DNA of 29,781 nucleotides from a virus: UHGV virus genome UHGV-0132373; one strand, 5' to 3'. Shown piece by piece: positions 19,328 to 27,080 of this stretch (position 1 is its first letter; each line of letters starts with the position of its first letter). The notes under the pieces were generated by a model. It saw only the letters and a program-made list of their open reading frames with translations, ran no database searches and was not told where the DNA came from. The position numbers and the translations under genes were made by a program.

Positions 19328-19806
19328 TGGAAATAAAGCTCATCGACAATCCGGTGAAGCTTGCAGAATTCCTCAACAACCCGGCAAACACGGGAAATAT
19401 CGTAGACAGTGGAGATAAATACTACATCAAGCCTGATGCGGTATATCTCGGCATCTACGAAGGATTAGTGCTGGCTGGCGTTCATGAAGTGCGTAACTTC
19501 TGGCATAGCGTTGTTGAATGTCATGCGGTGTACGACCACGGATTCCGTGGTGAATATGCACTGCAAGGGCATCGATTATTCTGCAAATGGCTTCTCGAAA
19601 ACTCACCATTCCTTAACAGCATCACCATGGTTCCTGACACAACGAAATACGGACGGGCAATTATCCGTTTGCTTGGCGCTACCCGTGTTGGTCACCTTGA
19701 TGATGCTTATACCAGCAATGGAAAGCCTGTGGGCATCACGATTTATCAGTTACCGCGCTCAAAATACGAGGAGCTAACGAATGTTAATTTTCCAGATTGC
19801 CAATAA
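19324..19806 (+). CDS. gp14-like virion assembly protein
   Basis: 160-aa ORF in the conserved position after the tail needle; ATGA overlap with the needle stop. Function assigned by synteny only. Confidence 0.65.
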
Positions 19807-20434
19807 GCACCTCAGCAAAGCTGTTTACTGCAAAGGTGGCAGTGATGGCGGTTCAAAGGCACAGGCACGCGCAACTGAAAAGGGCATCGAATTGCAGCGT
19901 GAAATGTGGCAGACGAACATGCAAAACCTTGCACCGTTCACGCCACTCGCTCAGCAGTACGTATCACAGTTGCAAAATCTTTCCTCTCTTCAGGGGCAAG
20001 GTCAGGCGCTTAACCAGTATTACAACTCCCAGCAGTACAAAGACCTTGCAGGTCAGGCGCGTTACCAGAGTCTGGCAGCAGCAGAGGCAACGGGTGGATT
20101 AGGCTCTACAGCAACAGGAAACCAGTTAGCAGCAATCGCACCTACACTCGGTCAAAACTGGCTGTCAGGTCAGATGAACAACTACAACAATCTGGCAAAT
20201 ATCGGCCTTGGCGCTCTTACAGGTCAGGCAAACGCCGGGCAGAACTATGCCAACAACGTCAGCCAATTGTATCAACAGCAGGCGGCAGCATCTGCGGCTA
20301 ATGCGAATAAACCATCAGGATTTCAGAGCGCCCTGGGTGGAGCGGCAGCAGGTGCAGCTGCAGGTACTGCAATCATGCCTGGTTGGGGTACAGCAATTGG
20401 TGCTGGCGTCGGTCTTCTTGGTTCACTTTTTTAA
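19781..20434 (+). CDS. ejection (internal virion) protein, gp7-like
   Basis: 217 aa, Gln/Asn/Gly/Ala-rich low-complexity protein with a hydrophobic Gly-rich C-terminus (GGAAAGAAAGTAIMPGWGTAIGAGVGLLGSLF); GAGGAG Shine-Dalgarno; position as P22 gene 7. Confidence 0.7.
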   Translation: MLIFQIANKHLSKAVYCKGGSDGGSKAQARATEKGIELQREMWQTNMQNLAPFTPLAQQYVSQLQNLSSLQGQGQALNQYYNSQQYKDLAGQARYQSLAAAEATGGLGSTATGNQLAAIAPTLGQNWLSGQMNNYNNLANIGLGALTGQANAGQNYANNVSQLYQQQAAASAANANKPSGFQSALGGAAAGAAAGTAIMPGWGTAIGAGVGLLGSLF

Positions 20435-20446
20435 TGGAGGTGTCTC

Positions 20447-21841
20447 TTGGCTACATGGCAACAGGCTGGTAATTCAGGCGCGCTTCTTGCCGGGTTAGGC
20501 GGCATGAACTCCAACGCTCCAAGAGCAAGTGATGCAGACGCCACGCTTGCATACATTCGACAGAATAACGAGATGGAGCGTTCAGGACGTAATAACGTTG
20601 GCTTGCAGGCTTTGCAGGGCATTTCATCTGTCATGGATATGTATAAGCAGATGGATCAGCAGAAGCGACAGCAAGAGTTTCAGCAGGCTTATGCTGATGC
20701 ATATACATCTGGTGACCGCGATGCAATGCGAAAACTGGCATCACAGTATCCTGAGCAGTTTGACGCTGTAAGAAACGGCATGAAATTTGTCGATGAAGAC
20801 CAGCGTTCCTCTGTCGGCACACTGGCAGCAAGTGCCAGACTGGCAGCTTCATCTCCAGAAGCCATGATGTCATGGTTGCAGAACAACTCATCTGAGCTTA
20901 CTCGTGCCGGAGTAGACCCTCTGGATGTGGCGAAAATGTATCAGCAAAATCCACAAGGTTTCACAGAGTTTGTTGATCACCTTGGAATGGCTGCACTTGG
21001 TCCAGAACAATATTTTCAGGCACAAGACAGAATCGTTGGTCGTGAGATTGACCGCGGAAAACTTGCAGAGACAATCCGCAGCAATCAGGCTGGCGAGGCG
21101 CTAACAGCAAGAGGCCAGAACATCACGATGCGCGGTCAGGACTTATCTGCTTCTACTGCGCGACGAGGTCAGGATTTGGCAATGCAGCGAGCGTCAACAA
21201 GAGGAATCGCTGGGAATGATGAGCGTACAGTTCAGTTATCAGATGGCAGAACTGTAACGGTAGGCGGGAAACTTCACGGCGCTGGGGCTAATGCGTTCTA
21301 CGAAGGCATCGACAACGAGGGGAATATGGTTCGCGTTCCTGCCAGTTCAATCGCTGCGCCGGCAACATCGTCTGCATCAGCACAAAACTATGCCATGAAG
21401 AAGGATATCGACGCGATCGCAAATGCAGACGCTTCTGCTCTCGATTTCATGACAGGAATGACAGGCGGTGCAGGTAATCCAGCAATTGGTGCTGATGTTC
21501 GCAGCCGATTAACAGGAAAAGAGCAGCGCCAGTTATATAACTCAGCACAACGTATTCAGGGCAGAATGCAGAATCAGGGTGTGGCGGCAGCAAGGGACAT
21601 GGGTGCCAGTGGTATTAACACCGTTGCAGAAGCGAAGATGTATTTTCAGGGGATGCCGCAGGTTGACTATTCAAGCCCGGAGGCTATGCAGCAGTCGATT
21701 CGTGAGATTCAGGAATACACCAACAATTACAACCAACAATATGACGTTAATGTTGGTAAATCTCAGCGGCAGCAATCTCAACCTGCACAGGTATCACAGC
21801 CAGCAGCCAGCAGTAATTTTTCTTCACTATGGGGTGATTAA
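20447..21841 (+). CDS. ejection protein, gp20-like
   Basis: 464-aa ORF with GGAGG Shine-Dalgarno; position as P22 gene 20. Function by synteny. Confidence 0.7.
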   Translation: MATWQQAGNSGALLAGLGGMNSNAPRASDADATLAYIRQNNEMERSGRNNVGLQALQGISSVMDMYKQMDQQKRQQEFQQAYADAYTSGDRDAMRKLASQYPEQFDAVRNGMKFVDEDQRSSVGTLAASARLAASSPEAMMSWLQNNSSELTRAGVDPLDVAKMYQQNPQGFTEFVDHLGMAALGPEQYFQAQDRIVGREIDRGKLAETIRSNQAGEALTARGQNITMRGQDLSASTARRGQDLAMQRASTRGIAGNDERTVQLSDGRTVTVGGKLHGAGANAFYEGIDNEGNMVRVPASSIAAPATSSASAQNYAMKKDIDAIANADASALDFMTGMTGGAGNPAIGADVRSRLTGKEQRQLYNSAQRIQGRMQNQGVAAARDMGASGINTVAEAKMYFQGMPQVDYSSPEAMQQSIREIQEYTNNYNQQYDVNVGKSQRQQSQPAQVSQPAASSNFSSLWGD

Positions 21842-24000
21842 TGGCTAAAGCATGGAAAGATGTTATCGCCTCTCCACAGTATCAGGCGTTAACTGAAGAA
21901 CAGAAAGCACAGGCTCAAGCGCAATATTTTGATGAGGTTGTTGCCCCTAAGGCTGGTGACAAATGGGCTGAAGCAAGAGATCAGTTTTATGCAGCATACC
22001 CTCCACCTCAGCAGCAGAAAGAAGAACCATCATTGATGCAACAAGCTGGCGATTGGCTCACTGGTGGCCAAAGTGCAGGGCAAATTGCAGAACAGGCTGG
22101 TCGTGGTCTGGTAAACATACCATTTGACGTATTGCAGGGTGGCGCAAGTCTGATTAATGCAATCAGCCAGGGGCTTGGTGGCCCCAAGGTTTTGGATGAT
22201 GTTTATCGCCCTGTCGATCGACCGACAGACCCTTGGGCGCAAGCCGGTGAAACAATTGGTGGGTATCTCCTGCCAATTGGCACTGCGGCAAAAGTTGCTG
22301 GAGCGCCAGCAAAGCTCGCAGGAGACATCGGTTCCGCAGGAAACATGATTGCAGGTTCTCTTGCTGATGCTGCAAATCAGGAGGGTGATTTTGCACAAAA
22401 TGCTGCCATTAACGGTGGTATCAATATTGGTGCTCAAGGCGTTCTTTCAGGTGTCGGGCGCGTTATTGCGCCAAGGTTTTCACAGGCTCTTGGTGGTGCA
22501 GCACTGAATTCTGCTAATGATGTTTCTAGGATGGCAAAGTCAGGTGCTGGGCGTCAGTCAATTGCCAGTCAGGCCGCTAATGTGTCCGAAGATGTAGCAA
22601 AAGCGGCTGAGTCTGCTGGAATTGATATAAACGCATTAACACCAGGAATGCGATCTGGAAGTCGTGGAATTGCACAAGCCGAAGGCGCATTGGCATCAAC
22701 ACCTGGAATTGTTCAGGACGCCCATCAGGCAGCATTTAACGAAATATCATCAAAGTTAAGTCGAAACCTTGATGAATTTGGGGCCACATCTGGAACGGCA
22801 TCAGAAAAAAGTGCGGCTATAAAACAAAGGATTCTTCAAAATCTTGATCAGATGAAGGATGCCGAGCGCGCGGCATGGGATGACGTGCGGTCAACAATGC
22901 CAAATCAAAAAGCAAGAATGCTAAATGGTAATGCCGTTATTCAGGCAGAGCGATCTGCTGGCATACCGCTTACTCCTGAAATGAAACAGTTTGTTCAGGC
23001 AAACAATCAAGGTGGAGTAACATTTGATGGCATGAAAGCATGGAGAGCGAAATTTGCTGATGCGGAGCAAAAATATAAGCGTAGCGGAGAGGCAAATGCG
23101 GCAAGGAGAGCAGGGGAAATACGCCGGGCAATTACTGATGATATGCGCACAATGGCGGAAAACGGCGGATTTCTTGATGACTGGCAGAAAGCTAATGATC
23201 TGTCTAAAGCGAGGTTATCAGCACAAGAGAGTGCAGAGTCTGTTTTCGGGCGTGATTTGGCAACAGATGCACTGATTACGAATGGAGTAAAATCCCTTCA
23301 ATCATCGTCAGCTAAAGGTCTTAATGGTCCTGCTGGATTCCATTCTATGATCCGCGCGCTGCCAGAATCAGAGCGTGTTCCTGCTATATCATCAATGTTG
23401 CAAGATGCTATCTCGCATGGTGTACGTGGTGGCAAAGCTGATGCAGCAGGAATTAACCATATCGCAGAGATACTGACTCCACAAAATGTAAAAGCCATTA
23501 GCCGATATTCCTCAGAGCTTGGAAGAATTGCTGATGCATATGGCACTCTTGCAAGAGCAGCAGTGAAACCTCAGCAGTATATTGAAAGAACAGGTAGAAC
23601 TGCCAATGTACTACGCGATCTGGATGCTGGTTTATCCAACGTCACATCAACAGTGTTAAATGCAATTGCCAATTCAACATCAGGTGCCATTGTTGGTGGC
23701 GCTGGAGGAGGCATTGCAGGCGCTGCCGCAGGTGCTTTAGTTGGCGCTGGGTTAAAAGGCGCTGTATCTAAAATTGCCACCACACGTAGTGGTCGGTATG
23801 CGATAGAGAAAGCGGTTCAGGAAGCAACTAAAGCAGTAAGAGCAGGCGGAAGCAAAGAAGCATTAGCGGCGGCGGAACGCAGATTTATGGCAAATAAGGC
23901 CGCCGTAAAAGCAATACGCGAGGCACTAGGAAACGAAGAGTTCCAGCGTTTAGCAAGGGCTGGAATTGTGGCATCGCTAAGCGGAATGGCACAGGAGTAA
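21841..24000 (+). CDS. ejection protein, gp16-like (extended)
   Basis: 719-aa ORF, ATGA-coupled to the previous gene; Ala/Gly-rich, with a glycine-zipper-like hydrophobic segment near the C-terminus ([27 protein letters not shown]). Position as P22 gene 16. Confidence 0.7.
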   Translation: MAKAWKDVIASPQYQALTEEQKAQAQAQYFDEVVAPKAGDKWAEARDQFYAAYPPPQQQKEEPSLMQQAGDWLTGGQSAGQIAEQAGRGLVNIPFDVLQGGASLINAISQGLGGPKVLDDVYRPVDRPTDPWAQAGETIGGYLLPIGTAAKVAGAPAKLAGDIGSAGNMIAGSLADAANQEGDFAQNAAINGGINIGAQGVLSGVGRVIAPRFSQALGGAALNSANDVSRMAKSGAGRQSIASQAANVSEDVAKAAESAGIDINALTPGMRSGSRGIAQAEGALASTPGIVQDAHQAAFNEISSKLSRNLDEFGATSGTASEKSAAIKQRILQNLDQMKDAERAAWDDVRSTMPNQKARMLNGNAVIQAERSAGIPLTPEMKQFVQANNQGGVTFDGMKAWRAKFADAEQKYKRSGEANAARRAGEIRRAITDDMRTMAENGGFLDDWQKANDLSKARLSAQESAESVFGRDLATDALITNGVKSLQSSSAKGLNGPAGFHSMIRALPESERVPAISSMLQDAISHGVRGGKADAAGINHIAEILTPQNVKAISRYSSELGRIADAYGTLARAAVKPQQYIERTGRTANVLRDLDAGLSNVTSTVLNAIANSTSGAIVGGAGGGIAGAAAGALVGAGLKGAVSKIATTRSGRYAIEKAVQEATKAVRAGGSKEALAAAERRFMANKAAVKAIREALGNEEFQRLARAGIVASLSGMAQE

Positions 24001-24330
24001 TTAGTCATCCATGGATGGATTGAGCTTATCTCGTGTTGATGTGGCAATTTTACCAACATTTTTCAACCAAGATTTTAAGAAGGATATGTCGTCCTTAATA
24101 TCATGAATATCCTCATTCTTTATACGATCAACCTTATCCTCTAGGCTCTCTATAGAACGCTCAATGCTAGACAGAGAGATTTTTAAGTCTCCTTGCTCAC
24201 GTTCCAGTGAGGATTTGAGAGCACAATATTCGTTTTCTAGAATTCCTATTTTTTTTGTTAGAGAGTGCATTCGATACTCATACACCAAACTAGAAACGAC
24301 TAATGCAGCCAACAGAAACCATTCAAGCAC
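24001..24330 (-). CDS. small membrane-anchored coiled-coil protein (cargo operon gene 3)
   Basis: 109 aa from GTG 24330 with AAGGAGGT five nt upstream; N-terminal TM helix (LEWFLLAALVVSSLVY), then a charged heptad-like region (…LEREQGDLKISLSSIERSIESLEDKVDRIKNEDIHDIKDD…). AT-rich. No recognised family. Confidence 0.6.
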   Translation of the reverse strand: MLEWFLLAALVVSSLVYEYRMHSLTKKIGILENEYCALKSSLEREQGDLKISLSSIERSIESLEDKVDRIKNEDIHDIKDDISFLKSWLKNVGKIATSTRDKLNPSMDD

Positions 24331-24352
24331 ACCAACCTCCTTAGTTGATATT

Positions 24353-24772
24353 TTATTTGTATGAAATCAACGAGTTAAGCTCCCTCTCATTTAGAGATTG
24401 GAATCTTTTTTCAGTTATATCAATGATGGATGGCAATAGTTTTTTTACCTTCTCATGGCCATCAGGTTTAATGATAGCAATGATCTGGATATGAATTGGA
24501 TATGTGTTGTGTACCGCAAATATCAAAAAGTTATCGCTAACTCTACGATGTATTGGCGTTGTTTTTAACCAAGGATCATCTACTCCAGGGATCCTGATGT
24601 GCGACTTGTAAATTCCCGATAAGACGGCGTGATGGTTTCTCTCAAACCCACCAATCTTACCAAGATAAGCTGAAACTGTGCCTCTGTTTTTGTAGTTTGC
24701 AAGAGCCTTCGCAAAGTATTGTTCTAATGGTCCAGCCGCTGCATCTACAACAATGCTTATGCGGTTTTCCAT
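24353..24772 (-). CDS. YafO-like toxin-domain protein (cargo operon gene 2)
   Basis: 139 aa; core …SHIRIPGVDDPW…NFLIFAVHNTYPIHIQIIAIIKPDGHEKVKKL…EKRF parallels E. coli YafO as I recall it (…AHIHLANENNPF…HLVYCQGAFDEQAWLLIAILKPEPHKLARD…FRMRF). Start overlaps the upstream gene by 16 nt. Confidence 0.6.
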   Translation of the reverse strand: MENRISIVVDAAAGPLEQYFAKALANYKNRGTVSAYLGKIGGFERNHHAVLSGIYKSHIRIPGVDDPWLKTTPIHRRVSDNFLIFAVHNTYPIHIQIIAIIKPDGHEKVKKLLPSIIDITEKRFQSLNERELNSLISYK

Positions 24773-25338
24773 TTTGGTGCTTCCATGCCAAATCTTTTAT
24801 GTGAATCTTCAACTGATTTCTTGAATGAAGCCAACTCTTCTTCAGTGAACTCTTCAGGTTCAGCATATGATAGTGGTATGTGCTGCATTGCTAGCGTCAC
24901 AAGCCCCATAGTTAGCCTTTTGTATTCTATAAAAGTATTTATTGAGTGATTTTTCATTGTTGTAAGAGTTGACATATGGGGCTTCCACGCATCGCTGTTC
25001 TCAGCGATGAAGAAGGTATACAACAGTTTCGCGATACCATAATCAAGCTTAGATATCTGATCGTTCAACATATCTACATCGTCATGTTGAATATCAAGTG
25101 AGGAAATATCTTCTTCCGTACCATTACTTAATATGTCAATGAATGTAATGTACTTTTTGCAAACTTCCTCTACAGGTGACATAACGCAGTAGATCTTGCT
25201 AAGAGCTTCAGAAGCCTGTTTTTTAGACAAAGAGCCGCTATGACTGCGATCAAAGTCTGAAATTGAACGCTCGATAGATGTTGATATGTCAGAAAAAACG
25301 TTTTCAATTTTTCCTGGCTCTTGATTCAGGATGGCCAT
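24757..25338 (-). CDS. hypothetical 193-aa acidic protein (cargo operon gene 1)
   Basis: First ATG at 25338 (ORF-track start 25356 is GTG); begins 42-60 nt downstream of the mnt stop on the same strand; AT-rich; no TM segment and no motif I recognise. Confidence 0.55.
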   Translation of the reverse strand: MAILNQEPGKIENVFSDISTSIERSISDFDRSHSGSLSKKQASEALSKIYCVMSPVEEVCKKYITFIDILSNGTEEDISSLDIQHDDVDMLNDQISKLDYGIAKLLYTFFIAENSDAWKPHMSTLTTMKNHSINTFIEYKRLTMGLVTLAMQHIPLSYAEPEEFTEEELASFKKSVEDSHKRFGMEAPKWKTA

Positions 25339-25398
25339 AACGCCTATCTCAATCACAATGTATACCTTGTTATTTTATATCAACGAACAAACATTGAC

Positions 25399-25647
25399 CT
25401 ATCTGGTCTCGTACATTTTTTTCAGGGTTTCAAACACCATCTTCTTAACAATTTCTGCCTGCTGATCAGCCAAGCGTTCAGCTTCGTCGCGATATCCTGT
25501 AATCGGTGATGGTTTTGATAGTGCATCCTGAACGATTTGTAATAACTCAGAGTTCATTGACCTTCCGTTAGCCTCGGCTCTTAATTTCAATTTTTCTCTT
25601 ACTTCCAAAGGCATACGGAAGTTAAAGTGCGGATCATCTCTAGCCAT
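25399..25647 (-). CDS. mnt: Mnt repressor (ribbon-helix-helix), P22 immI type
   Basis: 82 aa MARDDPHFNFRMPLEVREKLKLRAEANGRSMNSELLQIVQDALSKPSPITGYRDEAERLADQQAEIVKKMVFETLKKMYETR, near-identical to P22 Mnt as I recall it. The 205-aa track ORF is an antisense upstream extension. Confidence 0.93.
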   Translation of the reverse strand: MARDDPHFNFRMPLEVREKLKLRAEANGRSMNSELLQIVQDALSKPSPITGYRDEAERLADQQAEIVKKMVFETLKKMYETR

Positions 25648-25669
25648 GCCATCACTCCAAGTTAGTGTA

Positions 25670-25721
25670 TTGACATGATAGAAGCACTCTACTATATTCT
25701 CAATAGGTCCACCGTGGACCT
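25670..25721. promoter_or_regulatory. immI control region: face-to-face Pant (+) and Pmnt (-) promoters with Arc and Mnt operators
   Basis: Pant: TTGACA (25670-25675), 17 bp, TATATT (25693-25698). Pmnt on the - strand: TTGAGA (25703-25698), 17 bp, TATCAT (25680-25675). Arc operator-like ATGATAGAAGCACTCTACTAT lies in the shared spacer; perfect palindrome AGGTCCAC-C-GTGGACCT (25705-25721) matches the Mnt operator. Confidence 0.85.
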
Positions 25722-25737
25722 GTGTTGTGAGGTGAAC

Positions 25738-25899
25738 ATGAAAGGAATGAGCAAAATGCCGCAGTTCAATTTGCGGTGGCCTAAAGAAGTATTGGATTTG
25801 GTCCGCAAGGTGGCGGAAGAGAATGGTCGGTCTGTTAACTCTGAGATTTATCAGAGAGTAATGGAAAGCTTTAAGAAGGAAGGGCGCATTGGCGCGTAA
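25738..25899 (+). CDS. arc: Arc repressor (ribbon-helix-helix)
   Basis: 53 aa [53 protein letters not shown], essentially P22 Arc; starts 17 nt downstream of the Mnt operator. Confidence 0.95.
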   Translation: MKGMSKMPQFNLRWPKEVLDLVRKVAEENGRSVNSEIYQRVMESFKKEGRIGA

Positions 25900-25967
25900 A
25901 GTTGAAGCCCCAACTGCGGGAACAGTCAGGGCTTCGGTTGTCAGTAAATCCGTGGAGAAAAACCAAC

Positions 25968-26870
25968 ATGAATAGTATAGCAATTTTAGAAGCAGTGAAC
26001 ACCTCTTACGTACCATTCAACGGTCAGCAAATTATCACCGCCATGGCTGCCGGAGTTGCATACGTTGCGATGAAGCCAATCGTTGAAAACCTTGGAATGA
26101 GTTGGGGTACTCAGCAACAAAAACTTATGAAACAACTAGATAAGTTCAACTGTATTCATATGAATATGGTTGCCGCTGATGGGAAGCTTCGTAAGCTACT
26201 CTGCCTTCCTTTGAAGAAGTTAAATGGATGGCTGTTCAGCATCAACCCTGAGAAAGTTCGAGCTGACATCCGCGATAAACTGATTCAGTACCAGGAAGAA
26301 TGCTTTACTGTACTGCATGACTACTGGACAAAGGGAAAGGCAGAAAATGCACGTAAGAAAACATCTGTTGATGACAGGACTCCGCTTCGTGATGCTGTAA
26401 ATATGCTAGTCAGCAAAAAGCATCTAATGTACCCAGAAGCTTATGCAATGATTCATCAGCGTTTCAATGTGGAAAGTATTGAAGAGCTTGATGCATCTCA
26501 GATACCGCAAGCCGTAGAGTACATCCACAGGGTAGTGCTTGAAGGTGAGTTCATCGGCAAACAAGAGAAGAAAACCAACGAGCTTTCTGCAAAAGAAGCA
26601 AACAGCCTTGTATGGCTATGGGATTATGCCAACCGCTCACAGGCATTATTCCGCGAACTGTATCCGGCGCTGAAACAAATTCAATCGAACTATTCCGGCA
26701 GATGTCATGACTGCGGTTATGAGTTCTCCCGTATTATCGATATAGCGAGAGACGTTTTAATCAACCACACACGAGATGTTGATATTAATGAGCCAGACGG
26801 ACCAACGAATCTTTCCGCATGGATGAGACTTAAGAATAAAGAATTACCTCCTTCAGTACATAACTACTGA
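25968..26870 (+). CDS. ant: antirepressor Ant
   Basis: 300 aa from ATG 25968 ([26 protein letters not shown]…), matching the P22 Ant N-terminus and length as I recall it. The ORF-track start at 25902 would overlap the arc stop and lacks a Shine-Dalgarno. Confidence 0.88.
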   Translation: MNSIAILEAVNTSYVPFNGQQIITAMAAGVAYVAMKPIVENLGMSWGTQQQKLMKQLDKFNCIHMNMVAADGKLRKLLCLPLKKLNGWLFSINPEKVRADIRDKLIQYQEECFTVLHDYWTKGKAENARKKTSVDDRTPLRDAVNMLVSKKHLMYPEAYAMIHQRFNVESIEELDASQIPQAVEYIHRVVLEGEFIGKQEKKTNELSAKEANSLVWLWDYANRSQALFRELYPALKQIQSNYSGRCHDCGYEFSRIIDIARDVLINHTRDVDINEPDGPTNLSAWMRLKNKELPPSVHNY

Positions 26871-26888
26871 CAGATAACCAACGCAACG

Positions 26889-26912
26889 ACCCAGCTTCGG
26901 CTGGGTTTTTTT
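26889..26912 (+). terminator. intrinsic terminator after ant
   Basis: ACCCAGC-TTCG-GCTGGGT hairpin followed by TTTTTTTAT. Confidence 0.65.
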
Positions 26913-27080
26913 ATGCCCAAAATTCACCGTAGTCATGCTTAGGCAATGAGCTTGAAGGAGAGACCTACACAAAAAGTGTAGGTCGAAAAGCGAACAAAAT
27001 AACTTCCGAAAAAGTTGTTTTATCACAAAAAACTCACCGTAGCCATGCTGCGGCGATTCCTTGTATCTGGAGCAAATTAA

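Noticed and set aside
22030-22437. 135-aa and other reverse-strand ORFs inside the gp16-like gene
   Set aside because: Antisense overlaps with a long, continuous + strand gene that is translationally coupled to its neighbours.
25902-25967. N-terminal 22-aa extension of the Ant ORF ([22 protein letters not shown])
   Set aside because: It would start inside the arc stop and intercistronic hairpin with no Shine-Dalgarno; the conserved Ant N-terminus begins at ATG 25968.
25399-26016. 205-aa reverse-strand ORF from the track
   Set aside because: Only its C-terminal 82 aa (25399-25647) is Mnt. The upstream extension runs antisense through the Pant/Pmnt operator region and the arc gene and is an artefact of an open frame.
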